NCBI GenBank assembly: GCA_951406725.2 | Contig: OX597827.1 | Coordinates: 35,402,001-35,466,000, forward strand | DNA: 64,000 nucleotides | Direction of reading: 5' to 3' | Origin: Octopus vulgaris | Taxonomy: Eukaryota | Part shown: one piece after another, positions 13,374 to 27,633 of the stretch | Layout of the letters: each line of letters opens with the position of its first letter | Numbering within the stretch: the stretch's first letter is position 1 | Notes under the pieces: generated by a model | What the model saw: only the letters and a program-made list of their open reading frames with translations | The model's database searches: none | Told to the model about the DNA's origin: nothing | Made by a program: the position numbers and the translations under genes

Positions 13374-14030
13374 GAATGAATACAAGCTGCTTCTGTGCAT
13401 CGCTTTCGTTCCTTCTCTGAGAAGTTTGTATCGCGCTTTGCATTTTCAGATAGAGTGATCCCTCGCTACTTTGCCGTTCAACTATCGCGGATTTAAATAT
13501 ATATATATATATATATGAACGCCTAAAATTTTTCATTAAATCCATTAAAATACTAATAATAAATATTATTACCTAGTCTAGGAACGACAAAAACGCGTAA
13601 AATAGCAAAAAAGCATATACAGGGGTATTTGAACTTAAGACGGGCTGTGATTGGTGCAATGGAGAGAGACGACGAATCACAGCTTTCTATTTTGTAACCT
13701 GGCCTGTCAAACAGTAACAATCTTTATTTTTTTAAATCTAAAGTGTTATTGCTTAACAGTTGTCCTTGTTATTAACAGACTACTGTAATGGGTGGGTTGT
13801 TAACAGTACAGGGAGGGTTTTAAAAGTCCAAATACACGTTAAATAAATACTGTAAATATGGTGTCCCTACTTCGCGGAAATTCAGTTATCGCGGCTGGTC
13901 TCGGAACCAATCTACCGCGATAAACGAGGGATCACTGTATTTCAGCACTGCGTTCATCTCGACGCTATCGAAGGCTACGAAAGCGTTGTAGATAGCGAAA
14001 GCGATGCACGGAGACAGCTTGTATTCATTC
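13374..14030. mobile_element. MITE-like element with about 35-bp terminal inverted repeats, hosting a nested Tigger-like MITE
   Basis: gaatgaatacaagctgcttctgtgcatcgctttcg versus cgaaagcgatgcacggagacagcttgtattcattc. Confidence 0.75.
13453..13937. mobile_element. pogo/Tigger-like MITE, TA TSD
   Basis: TA|gagtgatccctcg ... cgagggatcactg|TA, with subterminal tcgcgg motifs. Confidence 0.85.
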
Positions 14031-14453
14031 ATTCGTTACATAAGCTGTGTTAGAGTGAATATGTGATCGTACAGTAGCTCCAATTGAAACTTGCTTGCTC
14101 CCCTGGCTGCTGGACATCGAGGTGTTTCGATAGTTTGGTGACTAAGACCTTTGGAGACAGCTTATAGAGATAAGATAAGAGGTATATGTATGTATGTGTG
14201 TGTATGTATGTATGTATGTATGTATGTATGTATGTATGTATGTATGTGTGTATGTATGTATGTATATATGTATGTATGTATGTATGTGTGTGCGTGCGTA
14301 TGTATTTATTTATATATATATATATATACTTTTTACATGTCTCAGATCTAAGGCTGTGGCCATGCTGGAGCACCGCGAATTATTAATATATATATATAGA
14401 TAGAGAGAGAAGGAGAGAGAGAGAGAGAAGGAGAGAGAGAGAGGGAGAGAGAG

Positions 14454-14533
<80 letters not shown>

Positions 14534-14569
14534 TAGGTGTGTGTGTTCGCGCACACACACACACACACA

Positions 14570-15060
<491 letters not shown>

Positions 15061-15785
15061 TGTCTGGAGCAGACGTGACTTCAGTTTTATCTCTTCTTGG
15101 TTGGGTAAGCATCACGTCGTTTAAAAATGATCTAAGGTTGTGGTTCATGTCACATTTAACAGAATATGTAAATCTCTCTCTGAAGTTTCTAGTTGCAGCT
15201 TCAGACATAACATGACATTTCAGATTCCTCTGTGTACTAAACTAATGCAGTAACCAATCTTTCCGTTTATGTTGATTTAAATGTATAACACTTTATCATA
15301 TAACTGTGAAATGCATCAGAGATTTCCAGCACAAAATGGAGACAGTTTTTTTCAGTTGAGTAGAATTTTTTCTTGTTTTGTTTTTTTTCCTTTTAACGAT
15401 AGCAAAATGGTCAGGCATGGAGAAGGCGTAGAATATTCTCTGGTGTCCACTGGGAACAATCCTGTTAGATAATACTGTGCTACGGTTCTAGAAAACAGAT
15501 AAATGGCTAATACTAAAGTGTTAAAAAGTCATATACAAAATTGACATAGTCCATTTTATAAACTCTCTGAAAGTAGCTTATGTTTGTATATATGTAAGCC
15601 CATATTACACATGCGCGCGCGCCTATATATGCAAATATGTTTGTGTATGTATGTCTACATGTATATGCATTCATACATACACAACCCATACTTACATAAA
15701 TTCATACATACATACATACATACATACATACATACATACATACATACATACATACATACATACATACATACATGCATACACACAT

Positions 15786-16141
15786 GCAATGATTGCGTAC
15801 ATGAGGTTGATAACATCATAAGACTTGGAAGGCAGCTCCTTGAGGAACACTCTTTGTCTGATAACCTAGAATACATACTCAAAGAGGTCGCACGATTCTA
15901 CTGCAACGTATCATCAGGTGAAAGGGTAAGTGTGTATGAGCAGAAGACCATGCTTTGATATGTTAGTAGAAAGCTCAGAGATGATAGTAACATTGATTAT
16001 CAAAGCAGTCTATCATGGACCAACAACCAGATTTACTATCTCCCACTTGGAAGGGTAAGCATTTGCAATCCAGAAACAGGAAATATCAATCAAATACTTA
16101 ATGTACAAAAGGGACAGGGGTGTAGGAAAAGCAATAAAATC
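15786..16141 (+). mobile_element. Second copy of the TACA-associated R4-like LINE fragment
   Basis: Colinear with 4745-5100 (about 90% identical by eye); same 5' junction after (CATA)n. Confidence 0.85.
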
Positions 16142-16154
16142 CTGCAAATAATTT

Positions 16155-16216
<62 letters not shown>

Positions 16217-18247
16217 CGTGCGTGTGCCTGCATATATAAATCGGTTGAACCGATCCTAGCAGTAGAATCGGAGTAAACTAGTGGTTGTTTGCGTAGCTAA
16301 ACAGAAAATTCAAAAATTTCAAAAATTCTAATCTCGAGAAAAAGGTGAAGTCTACCGTTCCAGGATGACTTTTGCAGTAAGGAAGTCAGTGTTTGGTAAG
16401 GCTATTCATCCAATGAAGAGCTCTGATAGAAATGCCAGATTTCTCCTCTTTTTCCCCTCAAACTAACATGTTCCTTATTGTGAATATCGTTTTATATCTT
16501 TACGGCCTACGCGTGATGAGACATTGGAAGGTCTCACACAAGTTTTCCCGCATCCGAAACAGTCTAATATGGATATTTACCGATGTGTTTTGTCCTTGTT
16601 ATCAATTTCACTTGGTTGTAGTGAAAAGGAAATATCAGTGAAAAGTAAATATGGACGAAGAATTAAGATAAGGATTGTTTTAATAAATGTGGAAGTTGGA
16701 AACTTCTGGTCTGGCATTATCCGTCAGTAAAATAGAGGATTAGGAAAAATATGGCAAAAGGGATGCTTTTCATTTTATTTTTCATTTATTTGACGAAAAG
16801 GAAGGCAGCATCTGGGACATTTTTTAAGGGTTTCTGAGACTGATAAGAGTAAAAGAGGAACTTGTCCACAGACCAGACGCCTGAGTTGACTACTTACAAC
16901 AGGTCTGATTCCACTGATGGCATCCAAAAGCCATTTGTTGGTGTTGAATGGAACAATGAATTAGGTTTACCCCCAACAATATTGATTTTCCCCTGTGTCA
17001 ATCCTGTTTAAGAGAAGAAGTTATAGGGAGGATTTGTTTTAAAGCTGTAGATTTTTGAAGAACAGTAATACAATAAGGACAGTGACCAAAAGAGGAACAT
17101 AATTAACAGAGGCTTTAGTAGAAATCATAGAAGAAGGATATGGAGTTCATGCCTCATAGCAGGTTTAAGGGTTGAAATCATGAGAGTCGGATGTTAATCA
17201 AGTCTGTTGTTCGATAGTTGATCTCATATCACTTTGACGACCGCATCAATACAAACACAAACTCAAACACACTAAACAAAAACACATACATGAAGACAGA
17301 AGACAAACACTCTCACACAGAAAATATAAACGCGCACAAGCACACACACACACACACATACACACACTAATACAAAAGTGAGTCATCGCTTCAGTTGTAT
17401 TCAATCTTACACAATAAGCAATATTATTAAATGTTATTTAGTTTCTGATCGGTTCAGTTTCATCATAATTGAAAGTAATATACACAAATATACACAAAGA
17501 AAGGCACTTACGAGCAGACACTCACACGCAGACACACATAAACAGATGCATAGGACATACACATGCAGATACACAGTTGCACTCACATTCACACTGACAC
17601 TGTGAATGTCAGACACTGACATTCACACAGACATATACCCAAACATCTATATACACAGATATATATGGACAAGCACATGCATACATAGGTATATGCACAC
17701 ATATAAACACATATACACACAAATGCACCTATGTGCACACTCTCAGACACATGTACAGATGTGCACAGAGGCAAATGCATACACACACATACACAGGTGC
17801 ACACAAACATACACACTGGCATACACACACAGACATATAGACACTGACACACACACAGACATATACCCACATATATATACACAAACATACATTGACAAAC
17901 ACAGATAAACACACACACACGCACGCACACACGCACACACACACACTCGCACACACACGCACACACACATACACACACACACACTGAAGTACCAAAAAAC
18001 GAGACAATATAATTTATTTTATTGCTAGAACATTCTATATTGTCTGCTCTAATTCTGTAAATTAGTTACTGAATTATAATTAAAAACAAAACAAGAGAAA
18101 ATAATTTTGTTTCACCAACTAAAGGGAAATTTCAATTAAGTAATGAGTTTGTTTTTGCTACGTCATTCAGCACACCATCTCATTATAATTCAAAGTCATG
18201 CCCTTATATATTTGGGTAGTTTCCCTTCCCTCAATTTTTTTTAATTA

Positions 18248-18513
18248 CCGTAAATCCTCGAGTATAATCCTCATTTTTCCCCAAAATTTAAAGGTCAAAA
18301 TCCCTAGTACGTACTATATACGAGGTTAAAAATGAAAATTATTTTCTAAGCAATGTCCGAATCTCTATTTGCTGTCCGGCAATGTTTATTCGCACGACTT
18401 AAGTTAGAGAAGTGGTGCGTATTATACACAAGGTTTAGGTTTTTCAGAGGTACAGCCGCCTAAAATCCCCTGCGTATTATACTCAAGGGCGGACTATACT
18501 CGAGGATTTACTG
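18248..18513. mobile_element. Tc2/pogo-like MITE, TA TSD
   Basis: TA|ccgtaaatcctcgagtataatcc ... ggactatactcgaggatttactg|TA; repeated cgtattatac motifs. Confidence 0.88.
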
Positions 18514-18606
18514 TATGCAAATTTTGCCGGTCAAAAATTTTCATAACTCTCTTCCTATATCTAAACATACGTGAAATAATCCAAGTATTCCCGAGCAAAC
18601 CAAAGA

Positions 18607-18643
18607 ATGCTGACGAGGCTTGAAAAAGCTGCAACATGTCTAT
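18607..18643 (+). ncRNA. Degenerate type-I hammerhead ribozyme motif
   Basis: atg CTGACGA ggctt-gaaa-aagct GCAA catg TC tat. GAAA is mutated to GCAA; helix III is palindromic acatgt. Confidence 0.4.
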
Positions 18644-19314
18644 GGTTCTTCCTCTTTCCTGCAAGCAAATATATAGTTCCCCAGCATATGAACTAATTTG
18701 TCAAATTAATTCTTCTTTTTTTTATTATTATTTTCTGTTTTCTGAGAATCGCTAACAATTACCGCTAGGTTTTAGTTTTCTTTCTCCATCTAAGAGGTAA
18801 ATTTCAACAAATCGAGGTATTTCTGCGTATGTCCGTCAATAAACCACCTCTCAACTTATTGATAGAAAACACCATCTGCTATAACAAACTAACGAGGAAC
18901 ACTACACGGTCGCTAGGTCTGGTAGAAATATAGCCAATACCTCCCTAAATTATAATGGATTGGTGGTAGCTGATCAATCGTGATTGATCCGAAGCTAAAT
19001 AACAACGCTAACACAGTATCACAGGCCAACGAAGATGTCTCTATGTTGTCCCTAAATCTACTAGAAATAGTAGGCAAACTCCCTTATATCATATCCTGGC
19101 GTCTTGAAAGACGTATTGGAAAAAGGCAGGGTACACTGGGGCATATTGAAAGATTGATTGGAAAAGGGCATCGTACACTGGGGCATATTAGGAAATATTG
19201 GTGCGGAATGGGTTCAATACGTTACTAATTGGTTATAATATCGATCTCTATTTGTCAAACCACAATAGAACACAACGGAAACACACCGATTTTAGACACA
19301 TACATATATATCGG

Positions 19315-19700
19315 TTTAAAATTTTGACACAAGGCGAGCAATTTCGGGTGAGGGGTTTAGTCGATTACATCGACCCCAGTGCTCAACTGGTACTTATTTT
19401 ATCGATCCTGAAAGGATGAACGTTAAAGTCGACCTCAGAGTAATTTGAACTCAGACAAAATGCCGCTAAGCATTTTCCCCGGCATGCCAACAAGCCAGCC
19501 AGCTCACTGCCTTATATACTGACAGAGATATTATATATGTATATATATTCAAATTCTGCCGAGGTCGTCTTTGCGTTTCATCCTCTCGGGGTAGATTAAA
19601 TAAGTACCAGTTACGCACTGGAGTCGCTGTAACCTACTAAATCCCTTTGTCTGTCCTTGTTTGTCCCTTCTATGTTTGGCCCCCTGTGGGAAATAAAGTT
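19315..19700. mobile_element. Two divergently oriented SINE A copies
   Basis: Minus copy about 19315-19512, plus copy about 19545-19700. Confidence 0.8.
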
Positions 19701-20574
19701 ATATATATATATTACTCATTTATAGCTGATTGGGCTGGAGCAAAATGAAATGGAGTGTTTTGCTCAAGAACACAACGCCAAACATCCACAAAGATACCGT
19801 CTGTCAAATACCATTCACAAGCTTTTGATCGACTAGAGGCTAGATCAGATGACACTGAAGGTGCTATGCCGTGAGATTCGCTGCGTAACGAATTTCATGA
19901 CCATTCAATCAAATTTTGACGGCAGGAATACAATTATAGAGCACCAATAGTACTTATTCTTTTGACCCAGAAGAATGAAGTTGAGCACGGTGTCATTTGA
20001 ACTTAGCACGTAAAGGGATGTAAGTAAATTCCTCAAGTTATTTTTTCACCGCGCTACCGATACTGTCAGTTCAAAATAATAGTTTCAAATTTTAGCACAA
20101 GGCCTACAATTTTGGGGGAGGGGGCTAAGTCGATTACGAATCGGTTACCCCAGCACTTGACCGCTATTCTATTTTATTGATTTTGAAAAGATGAAAGGTA
20201 TGGTTAATCTCGGTGAATTTGAGCTCAGAACGAAGAGCCAGAAGAAATGCTGCGAAGAATTTTGTTCAATGCGTTAATGATTCTGCTAGCTCGCTGCTCT
20301 TACGACTAATATATAACTTAAAAAACAGAAAGTGTGTAACTCACATTTCACACTTATTCTCTAACCACCGCCGCCACCGCCACCGCCACCCGTCATTCTG
20401 CAATTCAAACAGGCAGACGAGATGAATTGACAACAAAAAGAAGTGGAAAGAGAAAGGCGAGAAAGAAAAGTAGAAAAATATTCATTGAATAGAAGCACAC
20501 ATAGGGTGCCGAGTCTATTTTTGGTGTTGCTCGCAGAAGGGAATTGTTTTGTTGGGGGCGAATTAGTCTATTTT

Positions 20575-20628
<54 letters not shown>

Positions 20629-20965
20629 ATCTCTCTCTCTCTCTATCTCTCTATCTCTCTCTCTCTTTTTGTCTGTGTGATGTCTACAGGTAGACAGACA
20701 GAACAACAACTATTTATACATATTGAACATAAATATATATATATACACACACACACAAGCGTACATACATACGTACATATATCTGTGCGCGCGTGCTTCT
20801 GTGTGTGTACCTACATATATATATATATAAACATAAGGGGCTTCCTTCAGTTTCCGTCTACCAAATCCGCTCACAAGGCTTTGGTCGTCCTGGTGCCATA
20901 ACGAAAGACATTTGCCCAAAGTGCCACGCAGTAGGACTGTAGCCGGAACCATGTGGTTCGGAAGT

Positions 20966-21015
<50 letters not shown>

Positions 21016-21352
21016 GTGCGTGCGTGCGTGTACATGCGTGCACGTGTGTGTATATAAACATACACACACATATACACACTCATACACACTCACATAAACA
21101 CATGCACACACTATTTTATTGTGGTATCGGCCGAAAGGCAGGAATAATAAATCGACCCATTACTTTACTGATACATTATTTTATCGACCCTAAATGGATG
21201 GAATGCAAATTTTACCTCAACCGGATTTGAACTCAGGTAATAAAGAGCCAGTATTCTATTGGAAAGTATTTTATCCGACGCCTTCATGATTCTACAAATA
21301 CACTAACCAATCGAACTGTTGCTGCTGTTACTACTACTACTACTACTACTAC

Positions 21353-21420
<68 letters not shown>

Positions 21421-21796
21421 CAGTGCTGCTGCATTGCTACTGTTGTTCTTTAATCCTAAATTTAAGGGTGAGTGAACAGACTCATGATGAGAGGCGTTCC
21501 AGCCGAGACCATACCATCTTTATTTCGGGCATAGTGTAGCGTGGACCAGTTCTTTTAAGATTGTAAAAGTATTATCCAATGACCACGTGGAGGTACGCAC
21601 ATTTTATTGTGTCGGGTATCGTTGCAGCTGTTGTCATGTTGTGGTCACCGTTGTTGATGCAGTTGTGATGTCAATGCTGTTGTTGTTTTTGCTGCAGCTG
21701 TTGGTGTGCAGTGTTGCTGTTTGTGTTGTTGATAATATTGTTGATGTTGTTTTTGTTAATGTTGTTCTTGCAGTTTGATGTTGCTGTTGTTGTGGT

Positions 21797-22283
21797 TGGC
21801 TGTGTGGTAAGTAGCTTGCTAACCAACCACATGGTTCCGGGTTCAGTCCCACTGCGTCGCATCTTGGGCAAGTGTCTTCTGCTATAGCCCCGGGCCGACC
21901 AATGCTTTGTGAGTGGATTTGGTAGACGGAAACTGAAGGAAGCCTGTCGTATATATGTATATACATATACTGAGACGTATGGTAAACCTGGTTATATATA
22001 TATATGTGGGCGGAGGGGACAAAAATGCAATAGAGGGCATTAAAACGTTCGGACATATAGACGACACAAAGGCGGATAAGATATATATATGTATGTATGT
22101 GTGTGTGTGTTTGTCCCCCTAGCATTGCTTGACAACTTAGCGGTTCGGCAAAAGTGACCGATAGAATAAGTACTGGGCTTACAAAGAATAAGTCCCGGGG
22201 TCGATTTGCTCGACTAAAGGTGGTACTCCAGCGTGGCCGCAGTCAAATGACTGAAACAAGTAAAAGAGTAAAAGAGTAAAGAG
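21797..22283 (+). mobile_element. SINE B carrying a foreign insert of about 110 bp in its internal (TA)n
   Basis: Consensus head and (gtaaaaga)n tail; insert 21969-22081 matches 23902-24051. Confidence 0.88.
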
Positions 22284-22721
22284 TATTGTTGTTGATGTGG
22301 AGCGTTGCTGTTGCTACAGCTATGGTTGTTGTTTACGCTGTTGTTTGATGTTGCTGTTGTTTTTGTGATCACTCATCATAAAAGCGCCATATTTAGTTTA
22401 TCGGTTCAATCCATTGTCGTTGTGTCTATTGTTGTAGCATTCAAAGCCGTTGCCTAGAAACAATAAGAGAACTAGCCTATTGTGTGCGTGTGCATGTGTG
22501 TGTCCGCGCGCGCGCGCGTAAAGGCCATGTGTGTATGTGTGTATATACTATGTAATGTGTATGCTATACTATTTGTGTGTGTATGTTGGTATCCTGTTCG
22601 TCTCCTTCCACTACTAATGTGTACGATCATCTCAACTAGTTTTATTCAATTGAACAGATATCGATGACTTTAAAGACTTACGAGGGACGCTGGCTCGCTG
22701 TATGGTATCAGTAGTAGAGCG

Positions 22722-22787
22722 GTCATCACCATCATCACCCTCACTATCACCATCTCCACCACCACCGCCACCACCACCACAACCACC

Positions 22788-22821
<34 letters not shown>

Positions 22822-22907
22822 TCATCATCACCATCATCATCACCGTCACCATCATCACCATCACTATCATCATCTCCACCACCACCGCTACCACCACCAC
22901 CACCACC

Positions 22908-22955
<48 letters not shown>
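22722..22955. repeat. (CAC)/(CAT) cryptic repeat with a higher-order duplication of about 120 bp
   Basis: tcactatc..catctccaccaccaccgc occurs at 22741 and 22861. Confidence 0.85.
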
Positions 22956-22957
<2 letters not shown>

Positions 22958-23924
22958 CTTCCAAATCTCTCAATATTGCCAAGCAGCTTTGATTCAGCAA
23001 TGTAATTACTTCTAATACCACTATCATTTCAGACTCGTTTCTCAATATCTAATACAACAGACATCTTAAAATACACTATTACGACAACAACCATCATAAT
23101 TCCCCCCACAGTCATTATCACCACGACTATCACAGCCATCCTCATCACCGCCACCACAACTACAACCATCAGTTACAACCCGCCGCCTTATATCGGCACT
23201 ATATATATATAGTCTATCAATCCTGAAAGGAGGAAATCAAGGTTGTCCTTGGCAACAATTAAACTCAGAATCGCAGTGAACCTGATCGAATACCACAAAA
23301 CATTCTACTTGACTCTCTAACGACTCTGCCAGTTTATAAGTATCAAACCAGAACAAACCTCCGAGTTAAAGAGATCGTAGTTATCAGTTTTGTATGAAGA
23401 ACTTTTATAACCGAATTGTCATTATGTACAGTGCACATTATTTTTCTCTCCTATGACAATATTCCGAACTTCAAATAGTTAGAAAGTTTGTGCATGCTGA
23501 GGTACCTATTAAATATTTATAAGAAATAAGGTAGGATTATATATTTTTAATAGCTCAATAAATTAGTCATTTTTAATCTCGAAATCCAAGGATATGCAAA
23601 ATGTCTTTCAACTACAATAGTACCTATTTGTGACTTGACATTGCTATTATGAAGTAGGTACACGCAGTGCTAGGTTTAGACTGAGCCATAACATGAGTAT
23701 ATTCCTTAGTTTGCATTTGAGTTGTACACGCCAGGGTCAGTAATCCTTGCCGATTTCAACATCATTAATTTTTCCTTCAAAGAATTTAAGTTTTCCATCC
23801 ATAATCGAGACATTCCGGAACATTTCATCGTTAAATGGGACAAATTTAGTCACCAGTCGAGACATCAGGAAGACCATTAGAACAAGGCCTTTCCCAGTCA
23901 AACTGAGACGTATGGTAAACCTGG

Positions 23925-23979
<55 letters not shown>

Positions 23980-23980
<1 letters not shown>

Positions 23981-24400
23981 GGGGGGGGGCAAAAATGCAA
24001 TAGAGGGCATTAAAACGTTCGGACAGATAGACGACACAAAGGCGGATAAGAGAAACAATAATTAGAGGGACAGGCAAAAAAAAGACGGGTCATTCTTGGC
24101 TTTTTTTCATCAGTCAAGTACTAAAAGTCACGACCATTTCGGACAGTTACACTTGAGCTGGTTCGATCTGATTGTCCCCAAAAAAGTCTAAACTAAGAGC
24201 ATTAGACCCCTTTGTAAGATATATATGAGTAGTAGAATTAATCCTTAACTTGCTTTATCACCACGATCTGTCGCCTTGTGTGCTTTTAGTAGAGGTCACC
24301 CTTTATCAAGAATTGGTGGGACGTGGCCTCATGTTTGAGGATGTATTCCTCACTCCCTCCCACCAGTTTCTTAAGCACCTGTGAAGTGTCACAGACGCAC
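23980..24400 (-). mobile_element. Probable degenerate Penelope-like 3' end / pLTR abutting (TA)n
   Basis: Minus strand has a KG.N-like ORF end followed by GAAAtggTC and CTGATGA half-motifs, and ends at (TA)n. Confidence 0.35.
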
Positions 24401-24443
24401 TATCCTTTCATCTTCACTAAAAGCTTTTGCGTGTGTCTGTATG

Positions 24444-24491
<48 letters not shown>

Positions 24492-24549
24492 CATATATGT
24501 GTGTGCGTGTGTGTGTATAAGTATATATACATACATACATACATACATA

Positions 24550-24665
24550 CAAAAATATTCTGTTGTTGAAGTTGAAATTCAAATGAAGGAACCTTGGGTC
24601 TAGGTTAGAAACCGGTTCTTTCTCTGTTGGCAAGAAATCTTGAAATAAACTGAATAATTACATAC
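24550..24665 (+). mobile_element. 3'-terminal fragment of the TACA-associated LINE
   Basis: ctgttgttgaagttgaaattcaaatgaaggaaccttgg..caagaaatcttgaaata matches 5850-5935; (CATA)n on both sides. Confidence 0.75.
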
Positions 24666-24955
24666 ATATATAATTTAACATTGCCTTAGTTGCATATACC
24701 AAATTTTTATTCAGTCATGCGGCTATTCACAGCAACAGCGAATCTTTTATTTACTGTTTTCCCACATTGAAAACGACGGATTCTCAGGAAATCATGTTCT
24801 CCCCCCGATATTTGTGTTTCAACACAGCACGTTCATGGGACGTTATCTCGGGGCAAATGCCACAATAATTGGCCTGTGAACAGTATATATACATTATCTA
24901 TGATACATAGATAGCTACGCTTACATACGTATATGTGTGTATGTCATTCTCTCTC

Positions 24956-25005
<50 letters not shown>

Positions 25006-26114
25006 TAGGTAGATAAATAGTGAGAGAGATACTTACATGCATACATACATACATGCATACATATATGTATATGTTAATATTATATTATACGCATCGAGTA
25101 TAAGTGAATTGGTTAAGAGATCGAAGCCTACCACCCTGAATTGTGATTTATTTCTCACCAAACAGTAAGTAGTTACCGCAGCGGCAATTTAGACGCACAG
25201 ATCAATGCTGTCGACAAAATGGTTCTGTATAATTAGCGAAAGTTTCTTTTTGTGCCACTGAACTGAGCTCCTTTCATATACAACGAGATAGATGCAAGAT
25301 ACATAACCTCAATTGTAGTAGAAGCACGTCAAATGCTACATGTCTTGGCTAGAGAATCAACAAAATCAGATAAACGATTCAGTATGCTTTAAAAAACGTC
25401 GCATACCGTTCTCTTTCTTTTCTTTCGGTCTCTCTCTCTTCCTCTTCTCCCTCTCTCTTCTCCCTCTCTTTCTTTCTCTCCCTCTTCTCTCTTTCTCTCT
25501 CTCTTGCTCTCCCTTTTCTCCCTCTCTCACTCGCTTCTTCTCTCCTCTTACTTTTGCTCACTTTCTCCCACGTGTTCCCCGCCTTTTTGTGTGTGCTGAA
25601 ATTTTTCCTGCTCCCGAGCAAATCTAAAATAAATGCTCGTATTGTTAACAAGATGTGAATGATACGCTGTTACTATCTACTCGGGGTAAGTGTTAAAACA
25701 AATGAAATAGTATCTGGTTATCCTTATAAATATCTAAACTGTAATCTTATTTAGTGGAAGCAAAATTATTTAGTCATGCAACAGAGATGGCTTGTACTTA
25801 AAACCTATGTTGATAATGAGAGCACGACTGATTGACATAAGAGTCGTTCACCAACACACTCCAGCCTCTGGCTCACAAACACAATGTCTTTCTTCACTGT
25901 CATTCCTACCGGAACTATACCAGCTTCTGTTACTCGGAATTGGTTGAACTCGTGCACATCCGCCACATTCATCTTTCCCCGCCCACATGTCCTCTCCTCT
26001 TCCATTCTTCGCGCCGTTGCTACAACTTGTCCCCAGAATGTCTTCCTTTTAAAATCCCTACCTACATTTTCCCTACAACCACAACCGTCAATTTGTAGAT
26101 GTTAAGCAGAAACG

Positions 26115-26341
26115 AACCCTTTAACATTTAAACTGGCCATATCCGGCCAAAAGATTCTACCTGTTTTATGTTCACACTGACCAGATCCAGCCTTTTCAAC
26201 TCACCATACAATGTCATTCTATAAATAAACAATTGCATCATCGAAATCTTGAAGCTACAAGAAAATGCATGATTAATTTAAAACAATGTGAATAAATAAG
26301 CATTACTTTTGGACAGAATAATATGAATGCTAAAGGGTTAA
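26115..26341. mobile_element. MITE with CCC/GGG termini and TTAA on one flank (piggyBac-like)
   Basis: aaccctttaacatt ... aatgctaaagggttaa; partial second copy near 33528-33575. Confidence 0.7.
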
Positions 26342-27009
26342 ATGCGTCGATCTCAAAGGTGTCTGAAAACCTGCAAAAACCCTAGTCTCATATCCTTCCT
26401 CCAGGCCAGGCCAGTATTTCTAATCTCTCCTGTAATCTACTCGTATGTGCTTTTATTTTACTGTAAACATTTTACAAGTGTCTTGCGTTGCATACAAAAT
26501 TTGACAAAAACCGATCGAGATTGATTACACATCTCTCCCCACAGTAAATGACGCAATGTGTTTATGTTATTGCGTTTATTTAGTATTGGAGAGACGATCG
26601 GTTTATATTAAACAAAAAATTATGAGAGTATTTAATCAGGGGTACATACGCAATGTATTACGTCAGATGCTATGTGGTGTGATGTATAAAATAACTGTTC
26701 TGTAGTTAACGCAGACAATGTTTAACAAGTGTTGTGACCTGGTTGACGTTATTGTAGTTATCTTGCATCTAAAAACTGTAGTAACAGAGTCGGCATCTAC
26801 AGACTGTGTACATTTATTGATTTGTTGATGAGAGATGAGACCAATTTTTGCAAGGAAGTAGATAATGTCGCCTGAATCTATATCTGTCTTTTGTTGTTAT
26901 TTATTGCTGAGGAATTAATTGGAGGCTAAATGACCTTGTCGAGTTTGGAATTCAGGAAATAGAAAAACCATATTGTAATGTATTTAGTACAACAGCTCTC
27001 TGTCATTTC

Positions 27010-27255
27010 AGCCAACAGAGCGAGAGCCTCTATATGGTAGCGTTATCTGTTAGAAATAATAGCCAAGTATCAGAGTGCATTTATATGATGGCTTTACTTA
27101 CTAGCAGTATCACTCCAATTACAACTTACCATCTTGTAAAAGGAATTACACTTTGTTTTGTAGTCCTAGATGTCTGAGAGGGATGGTCGTGTAAGGAATC
27201 CATTTAACTATAGTTTTAATGAAGCAGGACTTTCTGAGATTAAGCAACAATACTC
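27010..27255. repeat. Old dispersed repeat family D (other copies about 18900-19150, 21440-21600, 36625-36830, 39885-40092, 63060-63130)
   Basis: Shared degenerate motifs gatttggctgctatttctagca / tagaaatagcagccaaat and a (caa)/(ttg) end. Confidence 0.55.
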
Positions 27256-27540
27256 ATTATCAAAGAAGACTGAAGTTGCCCGACTTACTAATGCATCGTG
27301 CTGTATGGGTCTCTGTATTTAATTTTGTCTTTCATTTCTGAGTTCATATCCTACCGAGATAGACATTACATTAGATGCAGACAAGGCAGTGTAGTTAGCA
27401 AGAGGATGAACTATGCTGAAGACGAAAAACTTTTACACTTTTCCTTCTCTGGCGTTTTATTAATACATTGCTTGTGCCACGTTCAAACATTTCTTTACCT
27501 TTTTCTTTTTATCCATGTCGTTTTGAATTAACTCTATAAT

Positions 27541-27589
<49 letters not shown>

Positions 27590-27590
27590 C

Positions 27591-27631
<41 letters not shown>

Positions 27632-27633
<2 letters not shown>

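Noticed and set aside
16330-17200. Possible LINE/LTR remnant (CFGCGK on the minus strand)
   Set aside because: No further diagnostic motifs; left unannotated
25805-26105. Short higher-GC ORFs as a possible host exon
   Set aside because: No recognisable domain or clear splice signals; could be a TE remnant
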